This document shows positions 26,349 through 40,732 of a stretch of 64,000 bases of DNA, in pieces; within the stretch, counting starts at the first letter, position 1, and each line of letters starts with the position of its first letter. Position numbers and translations under genes: made by a program. The stretch lies in assembly GCA_964016885.1 (NCBI GenBank), contig OZ024743.1, positions 360,654,001-360,718,000 on the forward strand, written 5' to 3'. Source of the DNA: Eledone cirrhosa (taxonomy: Eukaryota). The notes beneath the pieces were generated by a model. That model did not search any database. It was given only the letters and a program-made list of their open reading frames with translations, and was not told where the DNA came from.

Positions 26349-26610
26349 TTCCTTACCATACTTCCTTCATTATATATATATATATATACAATGAAGGAAG
26401 TATGGTAAGGAACCGGGTGGACCATAATGCACCAGAGTACTCGATACTTTGGGTAGTATAGAGGGTAATAGGAAAAGGTTCAGGACAGCGACGGCAGAGC
26501 TCAAGCCGTTTCGACGGCTATTGCTAGTAGTCCAGAAATAGCCGTCGAAACGGCTGGAGCTCTGCCGTCGGGGTCCTGAACCTTTTCCTATATATATATA
26601 TATATATATA

Positions 26611-26730
26611 TTTGTTTCTACTTTAGGCACAAGGCCACCAATTCACCAGTACATTACTGGTACTTTATTTTATCGACCTCGTAAGGATGAGAGGCAAAGT
26701 TAACTTCGGCGGGATTTGAACTCAGACTGT
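26611..26730 (-). mobile_element. SINE 3' part
   Basis: tgtttctactttaggcacaaggcc..tttatcgacctcgtaaggatg..tttgaactcaga. Confidence 0.75.
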
Positions 26731-28049
26731 ATGGATGGAGAGACTTAGATATATATATATATATATATGTCTCTCCAGCCATACACCTGGAGATCTGAAT
26801 ACGTTCTCTCGGTTCCTTTATTAACAAATGTTTTTTTTCTGTAATTGTCTGCAGTCTAACGAACCATACAGATATGCCATTACATATTGCATATTTATAT
26901 ATTTCCATTTATAATATATATGTTTTTATTTCCTTGACTTCCAATGATTTGTTTCTTCTCAAATGTATGTTTTCTTTACACTCTTCCCGTTATGTGTAAA
27001 AAAATCCCCGAAGTGTGCAACATTTAATTGCTTGTGCACGGTTCCTGATTATATAGGGTTCCGTTATCTAGCGAAATTATGATAAAATGGATTGATGGTT
27101 AACTGAACATTGGATGTTCCTTGACTATTTTTACTGTTTCTATTTCTGTCGATATGTACACTTGTTAGCAATTTTTGTTGATTACCGTATGAATTTGTTC
27201 AATTTTGTCAACTCAATACTCTGCAACTAATCAATCGAGGTTAGCATTGAGTAGAACAGTGTGTATTACGATGTTGCAGTAATATGCATCCGTAAAACAT
27301 CTCGTGGTATTTTGATGTCGCTAACCAATTAGTATATCTAATACTGGTATTTGAATTTGGATTTTAAATTAAAATTAAAACTTAAATTTCCCACCCGAGT
27401 GCTTTCTTTAAAGAGGCAAGTGAATCACTTCTCTTTTCCTGCCTCTTCTGAACAACACAGAAGTATAGCAACTACCTTTATTGTGGTGAAAATCAGAACT
27501 AGTGAATTCCAGCATGGTGACTACCGGAAAAATATATTAATTTTTTCCCGGTGTTAATTTACTGGACACATCCCACTGAAGATTCTTATGTCAGTTCGGT
27601 GTTGATAAAACCGATTGATGGAATGTACACATATTTACGTAATTCTTACAAGTCCTATTTTTGGTGTAACTAGTACTAGTTTGTGTAAATATTGATCTTT
27701 TGTTGTTTTTCCTGACTGGTTCAATTTTGATTATTGAATGTTAGCATAGATGACAATAATTAATTTTTGAGATGTATCAAAAATGTTGATGTCTTCATTG
27801 AATAATTTGATGAATGTTACTCGCTGATCATATTAAACTTTTGTTGATTTCCCTATGAACTGTTGACAACTCTCTTCCGATTCCATAGAGAAATACTCTG
27901 CAACTAATTAACCGCAGTTAGCATTGATTAGTTCTGTGTAGCAGGATGTTGCAGTATCATGCATGCCTGAATCCCCTCGTGGTATACTAATACTCAACCT
28001 ATCAGTATATATATGTAATTTAACTGAGGTAAAAACCAGAGATAACACT

Positions 28050-29950
28050 TCAAATCATTTTATTCATTTCTACATCCATTACAGGTTAATTAATTAATCA
28101 ATAAAATTAATAAACATTGCAATCACATATCACAAACTATTTTCAGGAAAGCAATAATAGATTTGGGAAATGCATATCCCTAAATACAATGCAAAGCAAA
28201 ATAATGGACACGGAGAGTCGTTTTATATAAAAGAAATAAACATCCATGACAAATCCATACGTCAGTCAGGGTAAAGTATCAGAATTATGAGGTAGGCAAC
28301 TTGATTAAAGCAAGAAAAAAGATTTAATTTATAAAACGAGGTGTAGATATACTAAGTTAAATATAAGGAAATTACCAGTAAAGGGGAAACGTTTTGATTT
28401 TCTGCAATGACTGTTATGGTCAGCAAATGGATTTCCACGAGTATTAAAGTTATTTAGTTGGTATGGACATCTACAATACTATGGTTTACTCCGAATAACA
28501 TGACATTTGGTTTGGTAAACCAGACTATAGTGTCTGATATCAAATTATACTTATTCAGTTTTGCACAGTTGGTAGAGGCTAAATAATCCGCTGAATTAAC
28601 TGTTGCTGGGGAGGAAATGTTGATAGGATTGTTATTTAATAACATCTCGTACTTATGTGATAGAGGAGTATTTTTCTCAATTATACTAAAGAAATATTTA
28701 CGTATATTTGAAGCTATATGCTATCTCTAAAGTGGATTAAATCATGGGATATGCCTTCTACGTTTAGTCTTATTACCTAAAGTTGACGTTGTAATATCTA
28801 TTAATTGTACATTGTGTTCATCATTGTTGCTATGATAATTTTATTACTAGATTTAGGGATATCAATGAGCTTAGAAGCGCTCATATCATCCATTTGTATC
28901 GAATTTGAAAGTTTATGAGGGTGAAATTGTATTACTTATCTCCTTCTACCATTACTTAAATATCTATCCTTACAGTTGTTTTCGTTGCTCTTAGTCATAG
29001 TTTTATTATAGATCACATATCTAATCTTGCTAGCGTATGTGAGTAATTCCACACTCCCACTAACTCTGCGAGTGTTAGATGCAAGATTTTTTTTTTTTAA
29101 TAGAAGTATTGAAAGTCAATAATAGTTCCATGGTTTGTGTCCTTTAGGCTAGATTCTATATGAAGGACATACTTAGATCTGCGTAATATGCCATTATGTT
29201 TGATTATATTTGAGTTTCCCTGCCTACATTTATTTTTATCTATGTTATATTGGATTTCAACGTTATAACCAGATTAGGTTAATGCCTCATTGTTATACTG
29301 TGCATTTTGGTTAAATATAACTCTATTGGAGGACAGTCTAGAAATTCGATTTGATATATTTTTTCTATAGACTTAAGTATAGATTTAAAGCTTCTTTACA
29401 TAGAAAACGTGCTCACTTGATGTGTAATAAGGTTTATAAATCCCAGTATTTAGAGCAAAAGTAACATCTAGGAAATTAACTACTATTTACATCTATCGTA
29501 ATATTTAAGCCATTATCTTTAAAAGTCTATGTAAATGTCTTATTTTTGTTCTGGCTAGATTATGGTTATTGTAGTTGATTGTCAAAAGAGCGTCATCACC
29601 ATACAAAACTCCGTTTAAGGGAGGGGATGCGTTATGTGAATTGTGTAGGAAGAAAATTCTATTTATCAATTCTATAATTTTGCCTGTTTTGCTTGGTTAT
29701 TTGCTCTAACATTCCTCAAATCTAATATTGGTTTCCTGAAAAGATGTTGTTATATGTGATTGCAATGGTTATCTATTTGGTTGAGTATTTAATTAATCTA
29801 AAAATCAACATTTTGCGATTGTATTTCGTTAGAAGTGAAACAGACGCCAAAATTAATCAAATGATTTCGAGTGTTATCTTTGTGTTTTTCCCTAAATTAA
29901 ATTATACTCAAATTATGTTTCTATACGTTTTAGGTCATACATTGAGTTGT
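28050..29950 (-). mobile_element. Highly decayed PLE of the same clade as the 40.7-kb element
   Basis: Minus-strand remnants GVLYGDDALL, VNFLDVTF..IYKPY, SNRISRLSSN, IVWFTKP and HCRKSKRFP. Confidence 0.7.
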
Positions 29951-30019
29951 ATGCGCTTGGTAACGACCGAGAGATATACCCACTTCTATTCGTCTCCTAT
30001 ATGTATACGGAGGAATAGG

Positions 30020-33000
30020 GGAAGCTGAACAGAGATAGTACTTTTGATGCCTGGCAATCTACACCTTCGGGTGTATGGAAATCACTGGACCCTATCATCC
30101 ACCTAAATCTCTCACATGTGGCTCCAAGCGCCATTCCCTGGTTAACATCATCAGCTGGCGGATTAAACCATGTCAGGTGTTGGCCTTAACACGGAACTAC
30201 TGGGCAAAGGACCTCATGATGCACGTCACCAGCTAGGATGGATGAGTTCTCAGACGAACTACAACGGCCATATATTCATGACCAAGGCATGCTAACTACT
30301 TGGAGGAATCCAGCCGAGGTTAAGCCTGGTGAGGGATGGGCGTGGACAGGCTTAGATTTGACAAAACACTGCGTGAAAATGAATGGATCTCCAACGTCAA
30401 TATCGGCGCGGTCGTCGCCCGGGTTAACAAGGACCGCTCCATCCTTTGTCCATCACGGCGGAGATGTGAAATATGTAGCTGAAATTTAGTCGAAAAAGAT
30501 CCGTATGAGGGAGAAGATTACATTTACCACATGGAACGTGAGAACACTTGCCCAACATGAAAACTTCAGGAACTCACACATGAACTGGTGAGATACAACT
30601 GTCATATCGTGGGACTCTGCGAAGTCAGATGGAAAACTTTCGGTGCACATCTTGCCTCTGAATGTCATGGACTCTGTTACATTGGAGAACTAGACAAACA
30701 TGTGCATGCTATAGGTTTTCTTGTCAACAAAAACATCCAGAATGCTGTACTCGGTTACCGCTCAGTATCTAGCAAGCTCATCACCACCCGCCTTCGATCA
30801 GCACCATTCAATATTACAGTGGTATAGTCCTTCGCCCAAACAACGGACTATGAGGATAATCGGGTGGAAAAATTCTACACAAAACTCCAGAACATTATCA
30901 AGAAGGTTGATGAGAAAGATGTCCTTACCATACATGGAGACTGGAATGCCAAAATGGACCAAGGTGCCGTAACAGACCGACGGGAATTGTGTGGACTTTC
31001 TTGTAACGCTGTAACCAACGAACGAGGACTACACCTGCTCGAAGTTGCAAGTTACAACGGCATGATCCTTGTTAACACCTCTGGTGAGTACAGGGCATCA
31101 CGGTGCTGTACCTGGCACTGTCTCAAGGAACATACAAACAGATTGATTATATTATGTTAAAGAACCAGTTACGCTCTGTTTCACAGGTTTACAGGTTTAC
31201 AGGTTTCACAGGTTTACATATAAGGATTGACCATAACTTGGTGTTGCTGAAGAAGATCAAGAAGCGCAAGAACACCAGACGGAAGTTCAACATGGACAGG
31301 CTGAAAGACCTCACCAACAACGAGTCCTTCCAAGCAATTATTGGTAGAAAATGTGCCTCTCTGTTCACACACGATTATGATCTGGAAACAATGACGGCAA
31401 AGTTGATGAAAATGTCAGTAAAAAAAATCTAAGGAAACACCACGGTATAATTCAGCCTGAAGTCAAAAGAATTCTTAAATTTTGTGATACAAATAGAAAA
31501 CTAGACATATCCCAAAATACACCATCTGGAGCACCAGCTTACAGAGAAATCAATAAGATCAGTCATAAAGAATGCCAAGGAAGAAAGGATAGATAAGCAA
31601 TAGATAGTGATGGAAGAATGCCTGAACAGGAACAACAGCAAGAGGGCCTTTCAAATTGTGAAATATCTCACAAAACGGAGACACTCAAGAGTCAACACCA
31701 TCCAAGACAAGCAAGGAAAGTGCCCTAAGGAAGAAAAAGACATCACAGAGAGTAGTACAACCAGCAGTCACGTAGAGACTCCAGTCCACCGACCAAGAAT
31801 CATCAAATGAAGATAACATCCCAACATGCATGAGGAAGTGGAGACAGCATGAATATGGCTGAAAACTGAAACAGCAGCTTGTAGAAACCACATTCCAGCA
31901 CGGAAGAGAAGCAGTGATTGACGTTTTCATCAGTATCTGCAGCAAAATCTGGCAGACTGGAGAGGTGCCAACACTGTGAACTCCCCATGAAAGGGGATCT
32001 ACTAGATTGCCAATGTTATAGAACATACAGTCTTATCAGCCACGCAAACGGGGAGATGCTAAACATCATCATGAACAAGCTGAATTCACAAGCTGAAGGA
32101 ATCACTGCGGAAGAGCAGGCTGGTTTCCACTGTGGAAGACCACCACATCCAACATCAACAGGATCTTTATCACGTATTTTTGTTGACTTAAAAAAAGCGT
32201 TCGACAGGGGGTAGCAGGATGCGTTGTGGGCGACCATGAAGAAATATAACATTGGTCAAATGATCACCCACATCGTACAATAGCTGTACGCGAAGGATTT
32301 AAGTGCACGGACTGGTTCCACACGTCAGTGGATGTTTGGCTGTGCTGCCTCCGCTACATGACACTGTTCAACATCTTCCTTGAGCGAATAATAACCTACT
32401 CATTAGAAGACAATCCTAGTACAATCAGCATAGTAGGATGAATTTTCAGGTTCACTGAAAAACAACCACAAATTAGATGGAAGTGAAGAACTCGCTTAGC
32501 TGGTGAATCGCTTGGACGTAATGTCTGTTAGATACGACGTGGAGATGAGCGCTGAGAAAACCAAGTTGATGACAAACACCACAAAGCCAATATAGAGAAG
32601 GATCACAGTCAATGGTCAAGAGCTGGAGCCGTCGAGGCAGTTAAAGTAACTTGGTGCCATCATCATTCAAGAAGGATCCAATGCAGAGGTCCTTGCAAGA
32701 AGTTTTCTAATAGTCACAGCACTTGCTAAGCTGAATCCTCTCTGGAGAGACAAATACACCACTCTCATATGCAAACTAAAACTCCTGCGTGCGTTGGTCC
32801 TTTCGATACTTCTATACACATGCGAGTCATGGACCCTGGCAACTAAATTGCAAAGAAATATTCAAACAATGGAGATGTGATGATATAGAAGGAACCTTGG
32901 AAACTCCTACTCATACGACATCATAAACAAGGAGGTCCACAAAAGAATCCCTCAGCGCCTGAGTTACTTTGCAGATCTGCTGACCTCGGTGAAAAAGGGG

Positions 33001-33200
33001 AAGCTGAAGTGGTGTGGGCATGTAACAGGATCGGACGGACACTCCAAGAAATGGTGCAGGGAAAGAGAAGGCTGGGCAGACAACATAGCTAATTGGACAA
33101 GAAAGAACTTTGCCACAACCAAATCTTTCGCCATAACCATAAGAGATGGAGACAGTTAGTGCAGCGTTCAACATTGCAGTGTCCCGCGAAATAGGTTTAG
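30020..33200 (+). mobile_element. Near full-length, decayed RTE-clade LINE (APE endonuclease + RT)
   Basis: TWNVRTL, VGLCEVRW, HGDWNAK, NERG, QIDYIM, YRTYSLISH, EEQAGF, FVDLKKAFD and ESWTL motifs. Confidence 0.9.
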
Positions 33201-33249
33201 GAATTATATATATATGTATATATATATATATATCTTAATATATATTTAT

Positions 33250-33626
<377 letters not shown>

Positions 33627-33631
33627 CAGCC

Positions 33632-33693
<62 letters not shown>

Positions 33694-34546
33694 TTATATA
33701 TATATATATATATATATATTAGAGGCTGAAATTAGAGGCTGAAATTCATGGATGTATTCATTACAATTCGGGAAAATGAAGTAACTAATTACAACCCCAA
33801 AGAAAAAGTTATTATTTATAACATAACTTATACTGATATCTATCATTTAAGTATATAGCACACATATTCTTGGCTTACTTTTTCAATTATTTTACTTACT
33901 TACTACTAAGGAATGGTATTTCAAGTATACGTAGAAGAATAACATCATAGCTAAATAAACAATCTTATTATATTTAATAGTTTCTATAAGATGAATTAAC
34001 CAAGAGAGTATTTTCTTAGCTATTATCGCTACATTCAATTCCACATAGGGAAAGTTAAAATTAGAAAGGTGCGATTCTGTTCCATTACAACATTTGGCTT
34101 CAAGAAGGCATTTAATATACGGAATTACAATTGAGAATGTGTATCATAGAATCATTAGTGATAATATCGATCCTTTGTGCATAATACCGCTATTCACATT
34201 TGCATGACAGTACAAAGTATGTTGAACGGTGTTGCATCCTATTTGCCGGAAGAAATAGAATAGTTACGATACAAGAAAAATAATATAATAGAATGAAACA
34301 ATAATCGTCGCTGGAGGTAAAATAAGATCTAATAGTAAAATAAAAAAATGCAAATAATGACAATACATTGAATGCTATACATGTACATAATTTTCCCATA
34401 AGGCTATACTCATTTATACAATATACATAAACTACGAGTACATTATTTATGCACACATACACACACTCAGACTCTCTCTCACACACACACATATATATAC
34501 ACTATATCTATCTATATATCTATATCTATCTCTCTTTCTCTCCATC

Positions 34547-34580
<34 letters not shown>

Positions 34581-34829
34581 CACACACACACACGTATATA
34601 TATGTATATATATATATATACGTACATATAATTATATATATGATAGAACTCTTATATTTCAAATATATATTCACTCTAAGTGAGATTGTATGAACTATGT
34701 TTATCAAATGATTATCTATTCATTATATATTGATATTTTAGCCTGGGCATTCAGCACCCACACATACACACACACATACATGCAATGTAAATATATATAC
34801 ATATCTCTCTCTATATATATATATATAAA

Positions 34830-35666
34830 ATCAATTCCAATGAGTCCAGGTCGGTGTTTTTTATCATTTATTTTGTTTTGACCTGTTTAGCTTGATTTGC
34901 TTTTTGGTTTAGGTGGTTGATGCTCTCCTGACCACTTTTTGAGTTTTGTATGGCGTTTTAACGTATTGTTTACCTCTGTTTTTTAACTATGGAGCGCTTG
35001 CCCGCATTATTTCTGATTTTTGCGTTTCGTTTCGTTTTTCTACCCGCCGAAATGCGATTCTCGCTAAATTTATATTTGTATTAATCTCCCGAGTCTTACA
35101 ATTAACTTGTTAATAATTTTATTGACAGGTTAATTGCATAAGTTTATTTTAAAAACTACCCGGTTGAGTGCTTATTCGATTTGTGCTATTTATGCAATTT
35201 TTTGCATGGTATACACACAAGGAATTCATTTGCCAAAATCTGGGATTTTTCCCCTTGTGAATTCCACATGTTCTTTTACGCGGCTCTGTGTCATACGAAA
35301 ATTTGGTACAGAGCAAAATACCTGTTGATAACGTGATATTCCTTGTTCGATAATTATACCTAAAGCTTATAATTTTAAGCAGACAGTATTTTGATTTAGG
35401 TGTCATAGATACCCTACATTTGGATTTTAACATCAATTCCAATGGGTCCAGGTCTGTGTTTTTTATCATTTATTTTGTTTTGACCTGTTTAGCTTGATTT
35501 GCTTTTTGGCTTAGGTGGTTAATGCTTTCCTGACCACTTCTTCAGTTTTGTATGGCGTTTTAACATATTGTTTAGCTCTGGGTATTTAACTATGGAGCGC
35601 TTGCCCGAATTATTTCTGATTTTTGAGTTTCGTTTTTTCTATCCGCCAAAATGCCATTCTCGCTGA

Positions 35667-35670
<4 letters not shown>
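34830..35670 (+). repeat. Partial tandem duplication (about 600-bp period), probably a PLE 3' end with pseudo-LTRs
   Basis: 34831-35070 repeated at 35432-35670; bounded by TA microsatellites. Confidence 0.6.
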
Positions 35671-35723
<53 letters not shown>

Positions 35724-35754
35724 TGTGTGTGTGTGTGTGGGTGTGTGTGTGTGT

Positions 35755-35821
<67 letters not shown>

Positions 35822-35940
35822 TGTGTGTGTGTGTGTGTGTATGTATATATGTATGTATATATGTATGTGTGTGTGTGTGTGCGTGTGTGTGCGTGTGCCT
35901 GTGTGTGTGTGTGTGTATGTGTGAATATATATATATATAT
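35670..35940. repeat. (TA)n/(TG)n compound microsatellite
   Basis: Directly visible. Confidence 0.95.
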
Positions 35941-36199
35941 AAGATATTTGCAATTATGCTAACAGTCAATTAAGCTAAATCAGTAGGATGACGCCTGTCA
36001 TTCTTGCTCTTGTATGTGTTTATATTAGAAATCTTAGATCCATGTAATGCCAGAGCCACAAAAGCCAAAGCAATATTTCCATCTTGCTCACTCTAGACTG
36101 CTCAACAAACGATATGCCACATGAGTGGAAAAATTTTCTTCGGCGCGGACATCATAGTGATTTGTTCATACGAAGCGGAATCAATATTGACCAAATAGG

Positions 36200-39100
36200 C
36201 AGATAACTATAAAATAAATTGAATAATATAAACATTTGAATTCAGAAAGAATTGGAAGACGTACACATACATCATCTCGGCCAAACCTTTATGGTTGACC
36301 AAAATATTTGCTTGATGAAAAAGAAAAACTGACTTAGACGGGAGGTAGTCATATGAGTCAACGTCCATTTAATGACTAGAAGAGCCATTCCAACTCACGA
36401 GGTTCACACCTGCGGCTGGCCAGCTCAGCGCCTATGGTAGTGAGAAGAGAGGTATCCCTAGGGCTGAGGATACCATAAGTCTCCACTGCCAAGGGTACAA
36501 CCGCAAACCTGTCGGAGAGCGACCGGTATTTGGAGAGTTTGGCCACCTCAGCCTGACGTTCAGCAAAACCTGGGTTAGTTATAGACTGCAGTACTGGAGA
36601 AAGTGTCGGTGCAAGTGGCTTCCCAGACGAGGGGTTTGCCAGCGCGGAACGGGTAGATGATCATACAATCTGGCCTTTTGCCCTCCCCTCGATCCAACCC
36701 ACCCGGCTCGAGCTGGGAAAGGAAGACTGCAGCGTCCAAGCCTCGTTCAGGGCAGCATGGCGGGGAAGGCGGCCGGCACTGTGGCGGCAGGAAAGTAAGT
36801 GGAAAGAGTCCACGGTGGATCCACAGCGACATTGGTGTGGCTCGTAGAACCGGAGACCAAGCCTCAAGGAAACGCCGATGAGCGGGCTATTGTTATCCAG
36901 CTGCGTGTAAGTGGAGAATGAGGGCAAGGCATGGAACCAGGCACCACTGGGGAGTTTGGAGGACGCTCAAAAACAGGTAAGGTGGTGCTGGTCGAACTGG
37001 TGCGTGAGCCTGTCTGAGGCCAGACTGCACTGGATGGCATCCCAATGCTTTGGGAGGACTTGATGTCAGCAGGGGGAGAAGAAGAAGGTACGTCTACTGG
37101 GCTAAGTGTCAGCCGGTCGCACGTCTCACAGGCGTCCTCAGGTTTCCTGAGCACAGAGGGTTCCATTGTGTTTTGGAGAACCCTGCTGACAATGACGCCG
37201 CACATGTTACCGACGAAAGAAACGCCGGCAAAGCCAAGGAGATCGTGGACCGGAACCCAAGGCCGCTATATCTGACAGGTAAAATGGCCTGTTGACATCC
37301 AATGTCGTCAAACCTGACGTTGCATATCTCCGCGGCTGATGCTCGGATACAATTATCGAGGTCGGCGAGGGGAGATGTGTGGGTGTAGCACGGAGCACTG
37401 CAAATGGTGTAGAGGAGCTTCGGCAAGGTGAAGCCGTTCCTCGGCAGAAAGAGAGCTGGGTGCTCGTCGATCAAGCCCAGTCGGCTTGTCAGGGTCTGCA
37501 GTTGTTGGAGCCTGAAACTGATGACCCGAGGATGAGGACATTCTCTTTGGGAGTCAGCTGCACCTGGTGGAGAATGATCTGCAGGTCCGAGACGGAGGCT
37601 GCAAAGCTCTCAGCATCGTGGCTAACATTTACCACCTCCGACTTTGACGAGTTGTTCTGGAAGCAGATTCCTGCCAGGACAGACACCACCGATTGTAAAT
37701 CATGACAGACAGTCTCTACGGGCCCGCCCAACTTAGCATCATCCAGACACCAAACGTTGGGTGGGGCCGTGATACCGCTGGCAATGTGATCTAAGGGCAA
37801 ACAGGAGGGGGCCAAAAGCGTCGCCCTGTTGAACCCAAGTGGGCGAAGATATGACCGTATCAGCAGCAAGGTGTATGCTCGTGGCTCCATATGACAGGTA
37901 GGCCAGCGGATAGGCAGTGAGTGCTCGGCTGAGGCAAGCATTGGGCAGATGATCCCGGCGTATGCAGTCAAAGGTATTTTTCATGTCAAGCTTGACAATG
38001 AGGTGACTGGAGTCGCTGGATTCCTGTTCCGGTGGGCAGCTGTTGAAGAACTGCCTGGTTACATGCACGGCCCCCTCACAACCACCGGACATGACGACTC
38101 CCTGTTGCACCGGACTGGACTCCTCACCCAGTTCAGGTGTTATGGACCTGCGGACCATCTTGGCAGCCAGCCTCCAGAAGATATTGCCCAGAACGATGGT
38201 GCGTATACCACCCTCTTTCTTCCTAAGAGCGGTCAGGCTAGCCGAAAAAAAGAGGCCTCGGCCGTGAGGGTCCAGGTCACCATGGATAAGCCTTTTGGTT
38301 AGTGCCACAAATATACTCAGAAGGCGGCGCCTCAGTTAGTTGGGGGATAGCAACTTCCTGTAGTGGCCTGGTCGGAGACCATCAGCACCTCCTCTGCTGC
38401 TAGCTGGGGAGTACTCGATGGCGGACATGATGTCTGCGTCAAAAGCCACAAGGAGCAAGTGGAGATCGGGTGGGGGTATGGGTCTGAGGTCAGCGGGTGA
38501 CTCAGGGTGCTTGAGTCGCAGGGCAGTCAGGACCTCCTCGGTGGGTTGGAGGACAGTGTCCTCTGAGACAACCACTCTGACTGCGGCCGAGACATCACCC
38601 ATGATTAATTTGTCGTTTACGCTGTCACGCAAACGCTTGGAGTTGGCCTCAGGAGTGGAGGGTTTGAGGCACCCGAAAGCGGGGTGTGTGACGTCCTTAG
38701 ACACACTTGGAATGGACGCTTTCCCAAAGAACGTATCTTTGGCCTTGACAAAGGCTGATGTCGACTGGCCGCCTCGGTCAGCGCCAGAGCTTGGGAGGCC
38801 CAGACCGAGTGGGGCCAAATAGAAGAGTCGCTCCCAGTCACTGGCTCGATTGCAGTCCAGGGCGCTCTAAATCGAGGAAGCGAGGGCATCGGCTACCGGC
38901 ACCCGGGCGCTCTCGAGATTCTGAGTGGGATCTTCTGGAGCAGCCTGAGCCGAGCGATGTTGACCAGCGAAGCTTGGGCATCAGGCAAGCTCGCTGTCTC
39001 ATCTGGTGGTGTGCCAGACGGCCGTGGCTGGGCAGACGAGGGAAGAGACTGTTTCTGCATCTCGACGCTGCGAGGGCACTGGAGGCTAGACGCGCCAAGC

Positions 39101-39330
39101 CAACTCCGGTGAGGTGGTGGAAGCAGCCGCACCCCGAACTGTTCCGGCCCTTCTTCCGTCTGTTCGTGGTGCTGCAAGTGCTGCAGATGTAGACTGGTGG
39201 TGATGGAGGAAGTGGCGTGGATCGGTGACTGGGGCACCAAGCAGCATGGGGGGTGTGTGGCTGGTTGTCTCCAGCCTAGATGCTAGGCGCAACTGTTTGC
39301 GTGTGTGGGGAGAGGGGGGTGAATGTGCTG
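36200..39330 (-). mobile_element. Decayed CRE-clade-like non-LTR retrotransposon (RT + CCHC + restriction-like endonuclease)
   Basis: GADGLRP, ALRKKEGGIR.I.LG, Q.GV..SGGCE.AVH, KLDMKNTFD, VQQGDAFGPLLF, WCLDD, KRPD..IYP..GKPLVWEATCTDT motifs; GC-rich. Confidence 0.8.
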
Positions 39331-39939
39331 ATAAGAGTGAGGTGTCATAGCTCCCCTACATCAGATGTGGAGGCGTCAGAAGACAAGAGAGAAAAGAAGA
39401 GGGTGTATGGAGGGGGGCACACAAAAGGTAGAATGTTAGCAAATAAATAAATGAATGAATGGATGAATGTACAAAAAAGAAAACAGGGGGTTGTGCCCAG
39501 CGGAAAGACCCTGAATTCTACATGCACACACACACATGCGAGCATGTAAACGATTTCTCATAGAACCTTGTGGCTAAAGATGGTGGCTAAATCATATGTG
39601 TTGTTGTTGCTGGTGTTGTTGTCAATGGCACTGATGCTGGAGTTGGCTTCATCTTGTTAATGGTAGTGGTAGTGATTTCTGGTAAGATGTTGGTGTATAC
39701 ACATATATGTTGTTGTTAATGTCACTGTTGCTGTCGTTGTATTCCTAATGTTAATGGTGGCGGTAGTTGAAACTGCTACCTATTCGGGCTGCCAGGTCAA
39801 TTACCGCACTTTATTATATATACATATATACATATATATATACATATGTATATAAATATTTTTTTTCAGTGTGGTCTACGTCTGGTGGTAGAGTAGTACC
39901 TAATATATATATAAATATATATATATATATATGTATATA

Positions 39940-40251
<312 letters not shown>

Positions 40252-40252
<1 letters not shown>

Positions 40253-40555
40253 TATAACCAAATTTGTTTAGATTTAAGTTGGTGACTTTGGACTATATTT
40301 GTAATATGGTTCTTAATGTTATCTACATCCTTAGTTATTATAATTTTATTATTTTTATCTTCATTTTTATTATCGTATATCTTTGTAAGACATTAGTGTA
40401 TGTAAACTCCATATTCTTCAGAGTTTCTGGCTTGTATCTGCCGAAATTACCTCTTGTTGTTTTGATTGCCCTAATGAGTCCTTAATAGGACGAAACATTG
40501 TCGGTTAATAAAAACTTTTGATGTATTAAAGGATTCTTTGTTTTACTCTCTTAAT
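40252..40555 (+). repeat. 5' pseudo-LTR
   Basis: Direct repeat of 45092-45395 with about five substitutions by eye. Confidence 0.92.
40465..40509 (+). ncRNA. Hammerhead ribozyme copy with G5A core mutation
   Basis: CUAAUGA instead of CUGAUGA at 40471-40477. Confidence 0.75.
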
Positions 40556-40732
40556 TTTTCGGCTCTGTTTAACTGCATTGAGCTATACCTTTTACTGTCA
40601 TTTCTATAATACGAAGAGGGTGTTTGATTCAAACACGCTCCAGTATTCTAATCCTTATAACTGCTCCCGATAGGTTGAGCTTACTCACATATATACTGGC
40701 ATTTTGGCCTCTATATATTTTTATCTGACAGT

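Noticed and set aside
26860-28030. Additional PLE relic with internal duplication
   Set aside because: Only faint Cys-motif remnants; too decayed to call
30020-30480. HDV-like ribozyme in the RTE 5' UTR
   Set aside because: Known for some RTEs, but I could not fold a nested double pseudoknot by eye
40264-40485. 73-aa hydrophobic ORF duplicated at 45104-45325
   Set aside because: Lies within the AT-rich pLTR with a non-ATG start; identity is explained by the repeat
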